From positions 526-64,525 of the forward strand of contig CAZPCB010000003.1 of the NCBI GenBank assembly GCA_964585065.1: a stretch of 64,000 nt of DNA. The letters run 5' to 3'. This document shows, in pieces, positions 30,026 to 40,910 of the stretch. The notes under the pieces are model-generated. The model searched no databases, was not told where the DNA came from, and worked only from the letters and a program-made list of their open reading frames with translations. How positions within the stretch are numbered: position 1 is the first letter of the stretch; each line of letters opens with the position of its first letter. The translations under genes and the position numbers were made by a program. This stretch comes from an uncultured Candidatus Saccharibacteria bacterium (GTDB taxonomy: Bacteria > Patescibacteriota > Minisyncoccia > SW-4-49-11).

Positions 30026-31579
30026 CTACTCTTTTTTCTGTAATAATACTTTTGTGAGTCCCAGTTTCCAGGTGATAAAAGCATAAATTGCAAGAGCTGG
30101 TATGGAGGATCCGAGTACCTGTAAAATCAGAGCTAAGGTAGTATCTGTTCCCCATATATTTCCAATTAAATGCTTTAATCCATATGCAATAGCTACCATT
30201 CCAAGCGACCAAATACCAATTTGTATACCGTATCGCATAGTACGTATAATACTTCCATGATTAATAGTTCTAAATATAATAGCCCCATACATCAAACAAG
30301 TTGCAATAATAGTAATAGAGAAGGCTGCAGCTACTCCCTGTACCCCCCAATAATGACTTAAGATTAAAGCTAAGAATATATTGAATATCATACTAATAAT
30401 ACCCACTATGGTTGGAGTTTTGGTATCATGGCGAGCGAATAATGTTCTACTAAATAAAGGAATAAGCCCCTGAAATGGTATAGATAAAGCTAATATAGTA
30501 AATGTATCAAAAGTAATACGCGTTGCCTCCCAATCAAAGACTCCACCTCCATATACAATACGTACTAATTGAGCTCTAAAGTTGAGCATAAGCATCATCA
30601 CAGGAATTAATATTAATAAATTTTTTGCAATACCCCCTATAACATAATTTCTAAATGCTTTTTCATCCCCCTTGGCATAAGCTTCTGTTAAAAATGGGAA
30701 TACCGCCGTTGCAAAAGATAAGGCGATAATTCCTAAAGGCAATGTATTAAGATTAAAAGCTAAAGTAAAATATGTGACCGCATTTGCTCTTGTGGAGGCG
30801 ATAATAGTACCAATAAATAAGCTAATCATCGCGGTATCAATCACCAAAAGTCTTGGCCAATATAATTTCCATAATTTCTGTAGATTTTTGATATGAAGAT
30901 TTGTACTGATTTGTAAGCGTATATTAAGCTGTAATATACTTGGGATTTGTATGAAAAGATGTAAGAAAGCCCCCAAAATCACTCCATATCCAAGCCCAGC
31001 TATTCCCCACTCAGGATAAAAATATACAATACCAATAATAATTCCAAAATTATATAATAGTGGTCCCAGGGCTACGATAACAAATTTTTTATACGCATTC
31101 AGTACACTAGATAAAATACTTGATATACTAAATATCAAGGGAGAGATTGCCATAATACGGGTTAAATTTACTGTATTTATAAATTTTTCATTATCATATG
31201 AGATGGCTACCATTTTTACTAAATAGGGAGCGAAGACTATCATTAATAGCGATACTGTACCCATCAAAAGTCCAATTACTAATAAGACATCCTTTATTAA
31301 TGCCTGAGCCTCTTCTGATTTATCTTTTCGATTAATTAATTTACTAAATAGAGGTATAAAAGCACTAGATAATGTACCTAAAATTAAAATATTATATAAA
31401 AAATCTGGAATACGGAAAGCCGAAAAATACGAATCTAGCTCTGATAGTGGAATAGTACTGGTTAATAATCTATCCCTGACTAAACCTAAAATACGAGATA
31501 AAATACTCAATATAACCAATGACCCAGTAGCATATACAAGGGTTGAGGCTGGAAATAATGTCTTTAATTTTCTTACCAT
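30026..31579 (-). CDS. murJ: Lipid II flippase MurJ/MviN (start moved to 31579)
   Basis: SRILGLVRD; AFRIPD; FIPLF; many TM helices. The longer ORF-track start lies in the 16S terminator. Confidence 0.95.
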   Translation of the reverse strand: MVRKLKTLFPASTLVYATGSLVILSILSRILGLVRDRLLTSTIPLSELDSYFSAFRIPDFLYNILILGTLSSAFIPLFSKLINRKDKSEEAQALIKDVLLVIGLLMGTVSLLMIVFAPYLVKMVAISYDNEKFINTVNLTRIMAISPLIFSISSILSSVLNAYKKFVIVALGPLLYNFGIIIGIVYFYPEWGIAGLGYGVILGAFLHLFIQIPSILQLNIRLQISTNLHIKNLQKLWKLYWPRLLVIDTAMISLFIGTIIASTRANAVTYFTLAFNLNTLPLGIIALSFATAVFPFLTEAYAKGDEKAFRNYVIGGIAKNLLILIPVMMLMLNFRAQLVRIVYGGGVFDWEATRITFDTFTILALSIPFQGLIPLFSRTLFARHDTKTPTIVGIISMIFNIFLALILSHYWGVQGVAAAFSITIIATCLMYGAIIFRTINHGSIIRTMRYGIQIGIWSLGMVAIAYGLKHLIGNIWGTDTTLALILQVLGSSIPALAIYAFITWKLGLTKVLLQKKE

Positions 31580-31610
31580 AATAGAAGTATTATACACCAT
31601 TCTCATATAA

Positions 31611-31651
31611 AATAAAACAGACTCCCCTATATAAGAGAAATCTGTTTTATT
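31611..31651 (-). terminator. Terminator of the 16S transcription unit
   Basis: AATAAAACAGA...TCTGTTTTATT inverted repeat directly after the 16S trailer. Confidence 0.6.
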
Positions 31652-31814
31652 ATACACAATTCAATCCATTCAATAATTATTCAAGTACATGTCTTTTAGT
31701 AACAATCTGACGCACCTTATCTCAAAAGATAAGGATTTGTTGGTGTAAAAGTATCAAGATTTACATCTTGACCGACCATTCCTTGTTGAATTACTTCAAC
31801 AGGCATATCCTTAG

Positions 31815-33316
<1,502 letters not shown>

Positions 33317-33448
33317 AACGTCAGATTGTTCCTAAAAAACATCTACTTTTTCTTGTTTACTATAAAGGAATAGTTATTGAACCTTACAATTTTGGTTGTA
33401 AGTTGATTGAATTGTGAATGTTCTGTCTTTTTAATCAGACGTATGTCT

Positions 33449-33477
33449 ATAATACTAGATTTCAAGACTCTTGTCAA
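33449..33477 (-). promoter_or_regulatory. 16S rRNA promoter
   Basis: TTGACA-17 nt-TATTAT. Confidence 0.75.
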
Positions 33478-33598
33478 GATATTAGTGCGTTAAAAATGTA
33501 TTTAATAAAAACCCCTTCGATTTAGAGTTTATTTATTCTCTTTTGTAACCTAATATACGATATGATATACTATATTTGATTATATACATACTATTATT

Positions 33599-34153
33599 AT
33601 GTTTAAAAAAATCTTATATTTCCCTCATAGTCTTTTATTATTATTCTTCTCTATTACGGGATTTGCAGCTGCTTTTATTATTAGTTTTGAGAAATATTTA
33701 ATCCTCAAAAACCCTCTTTATATACCAGGATGTAGTATTAATGTTTGGATTGATTGTGGTAAAGTAATGGGGAGTCAATATGCTACTATGTTTGGGTTTC
33801 CCAATTCATGGCTTGGTATGATTGGATGGCCAATGGCTTGGCTTACGGTATTATATTTATTAACTCATCGTGAATTATCTAGACCTTTTATGTTGATTGC
33901 AATGTCAATAACATTTCCTGCTGTTATTATATCCTATATTTGGACTTATCTTGCCTTTTTTGAAATTGGAGCTATTTGCCCATGGTGTATATTATCTTGT
34001 ATTTCTGCAACTTTTGCTTCTCTTACCTTGGTTGACCTTAATCGAAAACAGGGATTTATCAAATTCCCTATCAAATCATTTAATGCTTGGACTATTACTC
34101 TTGTCGCTTGGTTTGGATTATGGGCAATACTTTTATATATTGCGGTAAAATAA
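33599..34153 (+). CDS. Vitamin K epoxide reductase (VKOR) family disulfide-formation protein
   Basis: Loop Cys pair CSINVWIDC; SQYATMFGFPNSWLG; active-site CPWC; TM helices. Confidence 0.93.
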   Translation: MFKKILYFPHSLLLLFFSITGFAAAFIISFEKYLILKNPLYIPGCSINVWIDCGKVMGSQYATMFGFPNSWLGMIGWPMAWLTVLYLLTHRELSRPFMLIAMSITFPAVIISYIWTYLAFFEIGAICPWCILSCISATFASLTLVDLNRKQGFIKFPIKSFNAWTITLVAWFGLWAILLYIAVK

Positions 34154-36184
34154 TTATTTTGTTGATTTAGCAAGCCTCCTTAATAATGGATCTATACTTG
34201 GCTCTTTAGATCTAAATCGTTTATACAGTATTAATGGATGCTCTGATCCTCCTCGAGATAATATATGTTCACGGAATTTGAATCCAATTTCAGAATCAAG
34301 AATTTTACCTCCAGATAAGAAGTATTCAAAAGCATCAGCATCTAATAATTCTGAATATTTATAACTATAATATCCCGCTGAATATCCTCCAGCAAAAATA
34401 TGACTAAAGGCTGGGCTAATCAAAGTTCCTTCCTCAATTGGGAATAATTGTGTTTCTTGATTAATGTGATTTTCTAGACTTACAATATCAATATTCTCCA
34501 AATCCTGTATATCATAATGCCAAGCTAAGTCTAATTTGCCTAATCGTATTTGTCGTATTGTGGCTGAGGCTTCATGAAATGAGGCAATATCTTGAATTTT
34601 TTTAATATCAGATTCTGTAATAGATTCTCCACTTTGCCAATGCTTTCCAATTTTTGCGAGAATTTCAGGTTCATACACCCAATTCTCCATTAATTGAGAT
34701 GGTAATTCTACAAAATCCCAATACACATTAGTTCCTGTCAGAGATGGATATAATCCCTTTCCAAATAATCCATGTAAACCATGGCCAAATTCATGGAATA
34801 GGGTTAATACCTCTTGTAATGTAAGCAAGGATGGGGCATCTCCTTGTGGTCGAGAAAAATTCAGAACCAAGGATATATGAGGATTATAGTTTTTCCCCTC
34901 TTGATATGAAGCTAGCCGAAATGAAGTCATCCAAGCGCCTGATTGTTTGCCTGGGCGAGGATAAAAATCAAAATACATAATACCTATATGACATCCATCT
35001 GCCTCTTGCACTTCATATACTTCTACTTCAGAATGATATACTGGAATATCTTCTCTCTTAATAAAGACTATCCCATATAAGATATTGGCTATATCAAATA
35101 CCCCCTTTAATACCTGATTCAGAGGAAAATACTCCCGAATACTATTCTCATCAAATTGATAGCGAGCTTGTTTTGTTTTTTCTGCATAATAGCTATAATC
35201 ATAGGATCGGAGCTCATTAATATCAGATTTTGCAAATTCACTGATATCTGCAATTTCATCTCGGGCTATATCAATGGCCTTTGTGAGTAGGGTATCTAAT
35301 AATTCCTTTACTTCTACTGGATTTTGTAATACTCTTTCTTTTAATACATAATCTGCATGCGTCTCAAATCTGAGTAGTTTTGCTCTTTGTTGTCTTAATA
35401 ATGCGATACGCTTTATTAATTCCCTATTATCCCATTGATTTGATTGTGCCCCCCTTGTATTATAGGCATAGAATAATTCTTTTCTCAATGCCCTATTATC
35501 TGCATATTGCATAAAAGGAATATAAGAAGGATAGGACAAATCAAATATCCATTCATTGGGATTATCTTGATTCTGGGCACTCGCTATAATAGATTCTGGA
35601 AGACCTGCTAAATCAGCTTTATCGGTAATGATAAGTTTATAATCATTATTCTCAGCTAAAACATTTTGCTGAAATTGTACAGTAAGCCTAGATAATTCTA
35701 GGCCAATTTCTCGTAGATTTTCCTTTTCTTCCTGATTTAATAAGGCTCCATTGCGTATAAAAGAGGAATATGTATCTGCGAGCAAAGTCTCCTGCTCTAT
35801 AGGTAAATCTAGATATTCTTTATTATCATATACCTTTTGTACCTGAAGAAAAAGGTTTTCATTCAAAGAAATATCATTCCAAAAATGAGTAGTGATTTCA
35901 CTTAACTGCGCACATATTTCTTGTAGTTCTGAATTTGTGTCTGCACTATTTAAATTATCAGCAATAGTATGAATATATTGCACTTCATAGGTAGCAAATT
36001 CTAAAGCCTCAATTATATTGTTAAAATCTGGCTTAGATATTTCTTCAATAGCTTGTATTCTACTCTTAGCAATATCAATATGATATTGTATGGCTTCTAT
36101 ATAATGTTGTGGCTGTATATCGAGGAATGGGATATACCCATCTGGATTATTAAAGTCAAGATTTAACAGTAAATTCCGAGCCAT
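34154..36184 (-). CDS. M3A peptidase (Dcp/oligopeptidase A; start moved to 36184)
   Basis: HEFGHGLH; DFVELPSQLMENW; FSHIFAGGYSAGYYSY. Confidence 0.95.
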   Translation of the reverse strand: MARNLLLNLDFNNPDGYIPFLDIQPQHYIEAIQYHIDIAKSRIQAIEEISKPDFNNIIEALEFATYEVQYIHTIADNLNSADTNSELQEICAQLSEITTHFWNDISLNENLFLQVQKVYDNKEYLDLPIEQETLLADTYSSFIRNGALLNQEEKENLREIGLELSRLTVQFQQNVLAENNDYKLIITDKADLAGLPESIIASAQNQDNPNEWIFDLSYPSYIPFMQYADNRALRKELFYAYNTRGAQSNQWDNRELIKRIALLRQQRAKLLRFETHADYVLKERVLQNPVEVKELLDTLLTKAIDIARDEIADISEFAKSDINELRSYDYSYYAEKTKQARYQFDENSIREYFPLNQVLKGVFDIANILYGIVFIKREDIPVYHSEVEVYEVQEADGCHIGIMYFDFYPRPGKQSGAWMTSFRLASYQEGKNYNPHISLVLNFSRPQGDAPSLLTLQEVLTLFHEFGHGLHGLFGKGLYPSLTGTNVYWDFVELPSQLMENWVYEPEILAKIGKHWQSGESITESDIKKIQDIASFHEASATIRQIRLGKLDLAWHYDIQDLENIDIVSLENHINQETQLFPIEEGTLISPAFSHIFAGGYSAGYYSYKYSELLDADAFEYFLSGGKILDSEIGFKFREHILSRGGSEHPLILYKRFRSKEPSIDPLLRRLAKSTK

Positions 36185-36188
36185 TTTC

Positions 36189-36761
36189 CTATAATCTATT
36201 TGATACAATTCCCCAATTTATTGCTTTGATATAGGTATCAATATAATCTCCCTTGGTAGCTGGTCTATAATCTATAAAGAAAGCATGCTCCCATAAATCA
36301 ATTACGAATACAATAGGAAGTCCTGCTAAATGCCCAAATTCATGATCAGATACCCATGTGGATAAAAGACTATCAGATTCAGCATCATAATATGTCACTA
36401 CCCAACCAATACCACGAGTCGACCCTATTCGCTTTAACTCAGCTTGATAGGATTCTAATGAGCCATATTGATTGCTAATTAATTGCCCAAACTTAGAGTT
36501 TTCATCTAATACCTTAGCCCCTTCTGATAATTGTGAGAAATAGAATTCATGAAGCCTCAATCCATCAAATTCAAATCCTAATCTTCGCTGTAATTCTGCA
36601 AAGGTAAAAGCATCCCCTTCTGGCTGCCAAGTTTGAATTTTTTCTAATAATGCATTGGTATTTTTTACATATCCTGCATAAAGTCCAAGATGTACTGTAA
36701 TTTGCTCTTCAGATAGTCCAGTATTATTAGGAATATTAAATGATTTTTCTGTATATGCCAT
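36189..36761 (-). CDS. Fe/Mn superoxide dismutase family protein (divergent subfamily)
   Basis: Ligand motifs HLGLYAGYV, LHEFYF, DLWEHAF; GIGWV. Confidence 0.88.
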   Translation of the reverse strand: MAYTEKSFNIPNNTGLSEEQITVHLGLYAGYVKNTNALLEKIQTWQPEGDAFTFAELQRRLGFEFDGLRLHEFYFSQLSEGAKVLDENSKFGQLISNQYGSLESYQAELKRIGSTRGIGWVVTYYDAESDSLLSTWVSDHEFGHLAGLPIVFVIDLWEHAFFIDYRPATKGDYIDTYIKAINWGIVSNRL

Positions 36762-36799
36762 ATATGTATAATTAAGTATAATTCTATTCTCTTAGTATA

Positions 36800-37399
36800 C
36801 TATACTGTATCCAAAATATCTAATAATTTAATAAGTACTTGCCTTGTAGCTCGAGCATCTCCAAGAGCGGTATGAGCTTCATAATCAGTAATACCTAATA
36901 TATCCGTCAAGCCACCTGGACTGGATAGAGAGGTGGATTTAAACATAATATCCTTACCTTTTCGTATATGCAATAGATTAATGGCATTGGCTAATGCCTT
37001 CGTATCAATAATACTATGACCTATTAATTCTCTCCAAAAAAGATTATTTTTACCAACACTATCAAAAATATAATTAAGATACGCAAAATCCATGGGAATA
37101 AAATGAGCAAATAATATCGGCTTATTTTCAAAATGTTTGCGTACAAATCGAGTCATTTTCTTGACTAACTCCTCATAATCAATACCATCTGCATATACCT
37201 TATCTAAATCAATATGATTAATATTCATTGCTTCTTTAGTAATTTCAAAGCCTTCAGGGGGTATAACAAGGGTTTCAAAATGAGCGATTTCTTGTAAGTT
37301 TTTATCTAATACTAATAAAGCTATTTCTATAAGTCCATGTTTATGAGGATGCTGTCCTGTAAACTCAGTATCTATACCCAAATATATTCCCTCCTTCAT
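36800..37399 (-). CDS. DEDDh 3'-5' exonuclease (DnaQ/RNase T-like)
   Basis: IDTEFTG; AHFIPMDF; HTALGDA. Confidence 0.88.
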   Translation of the reverse strand: MKEGIYLGIDTEFTGQHPHKHGLIEIALLVLDKNLQEIAHFETLVIPPEGFEITKEAMNINHIDLDKVYADGIDYEELVKKMTRFVRKHFENKPILFAHFIPMDFAYLNYIFDSVGKNNLFWRELIGHSIIDTKALANAINLLHIRKGKDIMFKSTSLSSPGGLTDILGITDYEAHTALGDARATRQVLIKLLDILDTV

Positions 37400-37440
37400 A
37401 TATAATTTAAATAATTAATTACTAGTATTATAACATATAT

Positions 37441-37475
37441 AAAACAAAAATCCCCTTTTGGGGGAATTTTTGTTT
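37441..37475 (-). terminator. Terminator after rplL
   Basis: AAACAAAAATCCCC..GGGGAATTTTTGTTT inverted repeat. Confidence 0.7.
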
Positions 37476-37492
37476 ATTATAGAAAGAGATTA

Positions 37493-37891
37493 TTATTTAA
37501 CAACAACAGTTGCTCCAGCTTCTTGTAATTTAGCTTTGAGTTCATCAGCATCTGCCTTCGAAACTCCTTCTTTTACAGCTTTAGGAGCTGCATCTACGAT
37601 ATCCTTAGCTTCTTTAAGTCCAAGTCCAGTAGCTTCTTTTACTACTTTGATTACTTGAATTTTTGAGCTTCCAGCATCTTCGATGATAACATCAAAAGCT
37701 GACTTTTCTTCAGCTACTGGAGCATCTCCTGCAGCTGGAGCGGCAACACCTACTGCAACTGGAGCTGCAGCTGATACACCAAGAACTTCTTCAAGAACTT
37801 TTACCAGTTCTGATAATTCGATAACACTAAGGTTCTTGATTTCATCAACAATCTTTTCAAATTTTGCGGGTACTGTGAATTCTTCTGACAT
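37493..37891 (-). CDS. rplL: 50S ribosomal protein L7/L12
   Basis: GVSAAAP; [21 protein letters not shown]. Confidence 0.98.
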   Translation of the reverse strand: MSEEFTVPAKFEKIVDEIKNLSVIELSELVKVLEEVLGVSAAAPVAVGVAAPAAGDAPVAEEKSAFDVIIEDAGSSKIQVIKVVKEATGLGLKEAKDIVDAAPKAVKEGVSKADADELKAKLQEAGATVVVK

Positions 37892-37910
37892 ATAGTTATT
37901 CTTAACTTAA

Positions 37911-38435
37911 TTATTTCGTATCTCGATAAGCTGAGATTACAGTTACGAGACCTCTTGCTACACCTGATGTTACTTGCAAGAATTGAGTCATTGGAGCTGC
38001 AAGAGTTCCGACAACCTGTGCCTGCAAGACTTCCTTAGAAGGAAGTTTGGCAAGAGTAGTAACTTGTTCAGCTACAAGATATTGACCATCTAATAATCCT
38101 CCTAATAGGGTAAAGGTATCTTTGGGAGCAGTTTTTGCAAAATTATTTACTACTTTTGCTCCAAATACTGGATCCTCAGCGAATACAACTCCTAGATTTC
38201 CTGGAAGTTGTTCAGCTAATGAAACTTCGAATCCAAGATTCTGTAAAGCCTTATTGAATAAGGTTTTCTTTACAACTTTATATCGAGCATTTTCTACTCT
38301 CAATTGAGTTCGAAGTGTCTGTAAAGCAGATACCCCTGAACCTTGAAAATCAGTAAATACCATCCCCTGTGAGTCAGAAATTGTAGATTGCAATTCTTGC
38401 AACATTTCTTTTTTGCGTGACTTGGTTAATGCCAT
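37911..38435 (-). CDS. rplJ: 50S ribosomal protein L10
   Basis: LRTQLR..VVKKTL; LAKLPSKEVL; upstream of rplL. Confidence 0.96.
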   Translation of the reverse strand: MALTKSRKKEMLQELQSTISDSQGMVFTDFQGSGVSALQTLRTQLRVENARYKVVKKTLFNKALQNLGFEVSLAEQLPGNLGVVFAEDPVFGAKVVNNFAKTAPKDTFTLLGGLLDGQYLVAEQVTTLAKLPSKEVLQAQVVGTLAAPMTQFLQVTSGVARGLVTVISAYRDTK

Positions 38436-38461
38436 AACGGTATTTTCTCTATTAATCTAAC

Positions 38462-38560
38462 AAAAAAGCTCGACCTTTCCGCCGAGACAAGATAAATACA
38501 GTGATATATACTGCTTTACCTACATAAGTCTTCTGTGTAAACACTGCTTATGGTCTCAGG
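38462..38560 (-). ncRNA. L10 leader-like cis element with attenuator hairpin
   Basis: AGAC-CAUAAG...CUUAUG-UAGGU core resembling L10 leaders, then CUCGGC-GGAAAG-GUCGAG-U6 before rplJ. Confidence 0.65.
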
Positions 38561-38579
38561 CTTTATAGCTTTGTTATGT

Positions 38580-38608
38580 ATTATACACCTAAAATAGCCT
38601 GTAGTCAA
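38580..38608 (-). promoter_or_regulatory. rplJL promoter
   Basis: TTGACT-17 nt-TATAAT. Confidence 0.8.
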
Positions 38609-38611
38609 GTA

Positions 38612-38644
38612 TATAAAAGATCTCCTTTTGGGAGACTCTTTATA
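38612..38644 (-). terminator. Terminator after the Hsp20 gene
   Basis: TATAAAAGA-TCTCC..GGAGA-CTCTTTATA imperfect hairpin. Confidence 0.55.
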
Positions 38645-38660
38645 ATCACATTAAGAAAAT

Positions 38661-39179
38661 TTATTTGACAGGAATTTTCTTAATCTTAACTTTTTCAGAT
38701 TTTGGAAGAGTTACCGTCAAAACTCCATCTTTAAGTTCAGCTAATGATTTTTCAGCATCAACATCAATAGGAAGAATTACTGAACGAGAAAATGGTCCCC
38801 AATAACATTCTTGATAAAAATAATTCTCTTGTCGAACTTTTACTGGATTTTTTCTCTCTCCTGAAACTGTTACCATATCATTGGTAATAGATACATCTAA
38901 ATCTTTAGCTGTAACACCAGCAATGGTAGATACAATTACAATATCATTATCTGTTTGATATACATCAATAGTAAGAGCTCCTTCTACTAACTCATCATCT
39001 GTTTGAAAACTTGTTTGACTTATACTAGTAGATTCACTACTATCCTCATACAAAGAACTTGGTGAATCTGCTACACCAACAAATCTGCTCCTTAAATCTT
39101 CTTGAATATCATCTTCAATCGCTGGATCTGACTCTTCAAAATCTACTGCTCCTGTTAATTTCCGTAAAATGCTAGACAT
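38661..39179 (-). CDS. Small heat-shock protein (Hsp20)
   Basis: IDVYQT..AGV..GPFSRSVILP..LKDGVLTVTLPK; C-terminal IPV (IxI) motif. Confidence 0.93.
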   Translation of the reverse strand: MSSILRKLTGAVDFEESDPAIEDDIQEDLRSRFVGVADSPSSLYEDSSESTSISQTSFQTDDELVEGALTIDVYQTDNDIVIVSTIAGVTAKDLDVSITNDMVTVSGERKNPVKVRQENYFYQECYWGPFSRSVILPIDVDAEKSLAELKDGVLTVTLPKSEKVKIKKIPVK

Positions 39180-39270
39180 ACTTTTTTAAATGAATTACTA
39201 CTAGATGTATTGCATTATTATTATACTATCAAATATTTTTAAAAAAAGCAAGTGTTATCCCCAAATAATT

Positions 39271-39969
39271 TCATTTTGATATAATTTTTAGATGTTTTAT
39301 TGTTAAAATCATACCAAAAAATACTGGTAAACATATCAAAAAGTACATCCCCCCTATAATACCGTTTTCTGATATAGATGATATTTCGATAGCAAGATTC
39401 CATAATCCATGAAATATAATTCCTGCTCCAATAAGAGATAATCCTTTTATAATATTGTTCTTTTTTACCCAAAATACTATTCCATATGTGATCAAAAAAC
39501 TTGATATAATATGTACTAATACCGCCGTAAAAGATCTTAGTATCAATAATCTCTGCATATCACCAAAATTATCTGAAGCAAAGCTTAATGTAAAGGCTAA
39601 ATTCTCAATACCTGCAAAACCTAAAGCTATTGTTGCGGCATAAATAAAGGTATCTATTGGCTCATTCCAACGACTTGTATTAATTGCAAACCAGTAAATA
39701 AATAATCCCTTCATAATCTCTTCTATCAAAGCTCCAAATACAAAACTATTGATGGTGGGAGATAATGGAATAGATAATAATGTTAATATTTCTTTACCCC
39801 AAACACCCAATAATACTACAGGTATCGCTACTGCACTACCTAATATAAAAGCCTTGGCAATATCAATTTCTTTTTCTGGATGTATATCTTGTGATAAAAC
39901 GAAATAAAGCCATGCAAAACTCGGTATATAAGAGGCAATAATGATTATGATAATGGGTATATTAGACAT
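39271..39969 (-). CDS. PrsW family intramembrane metalloprotease
   Basis: EEIMK; ALGFAGIEN; LRS..VH; HGLWN. Confidence 0.9.
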   Translation of the reverse strand: MSNIPIIIIIIASYIPSFAWLYFVLSQDIHPEKEIDIAKAFILGSAVAIPVVLLGVWGKEILTLLSIPLSPTINSFVFGALIEEIMKGLFIYWFAINTSRWNEPIDTFIYAATIALGFAGIENLAFTLSFASDNFGDMQRLLILRSFTAVLVHIISSFLITYGIVFWVKKNNIIKGLSLIGAGIIFHGLWNLAIEISSISENGIIGGMYFLICLPVFFGMILTIKHLKIISK

Positions 39970-39970
39970 A

Positions 39971-40909
39971 TTATCTTTTTTTCATTTGTTTATGTAAATA
40001 TACCACCTCTTCCTCAATATGCACGCTGAATAACTCAAATATTCGTTTTTTTACAATATCAATAAGTTTAATAACATCTTCATATGTACCTGTTCCCGTA
40101 TTAATCATATAATTCCCATGTTTCTCACTAATTTGAATTCCTCCTTGAGTAAATCCTTTGAGGCCAGCTTCTTGAATCAAATATCCACTCGGTATAATAC
40201 CTTTCGCCACAAATACCTTTAAATCCGGATATTGACTATAAAGATTTTCATTAATAAACCCCTCATAATTTTTGAATATGCATCCTGAACAGGCAACACC
40301 AACGGGTTGATTTTGGCTTTTTTTAATAATATTATCTCTAATTTGCATTCTACTTGCCTCTATATCACCTTTTTCCAATTCAAATAATCCTCCTAAAATA
40401 ATATCCGTATTATTCTCCTCCTTAAAGCTACTATAGCGATAATGAAAATCTAAGCCACTACTATCAATATCTTCAATAGCCCCATCCCTATATACTCGAA
40501 TTTGTTTTAATTTATCCTTAGTTTCCCCACCAAAGGCTCCTGCATTCCCTCTAATAGCTCCTCCTACACTGGATGGGACAGATGGGGCCCATTCTAATCC
40601 CACCAAATTAGCTTTATGTCCGGAATTTGCTAGCATAGCTAAGCTGACTCCTGCTTCAGCAAATAATTGATTATCCTTAATTTCTATTGATTTTGTATTT
40701 ATTTTAAGAATCAGCCCCTCTGTATCATCATCTTGGATTAATAAATTACAGCCACTTCCAATTAATCCAATGGGTAAGTCTTTTTCCTGAGCAAATCGCA
40801 AAGAATCTATAATATCTTGTTGATTCTCAGCATATACAAGATATTGAGCTTTGCCCCCAATTTTGAAGGTAGATATATCCTTTAATGCAATATTTTCTTG
40901 TATATTCAT
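39971..40909 (-). CDS. murB: UDP-N-acetylenolpyruvoylglucosamine reductase (start moved to 40909)
   Basis: TFKIGG; GSGCNLL; GNAGAFG; YRYS; SGCIFKN; SEKHGNY. Confidence 0.95.
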   Translation of the reverse strand: MNIQENIALKDISTFKIGGKAQYLVYAENQQDIIDSLRFAQEKDLPIGLIGSGCNLLIQDDDTEGLILKINTKSIEIKDNQLFAEAGVSLAMLANSGHKANLVGLEWAPSVPSSVGGAIRGNAGAFGGETKDKLKQIRVYRDGAIEDIDSSGLDFHYRYSSFKEENNTDIILGGLFELEKGDIEASRMQIRDNIIKKSQNQPVGVACSGCIFKNYEGFINENLYSQYPDLKVFVAKGIIPSGYLIQEAGLKGFTQGGIQISEKHGNYMINTGTGTYEDVIKLIDIVKKRIFELFSVHIEEEVVYLHKQMKKR

Positions 40910-40910
40910 A

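Noticed and set aside
31580-31657. N-terminal extension of MurJ from the ORF track
   Set aside because: It overlaps the 16S terminator and the murJ -10 element; ATG 31579 fits better. Over-long starts were also trimmed for rplW, rpmC, murB, rplU and the M3 peptidase.
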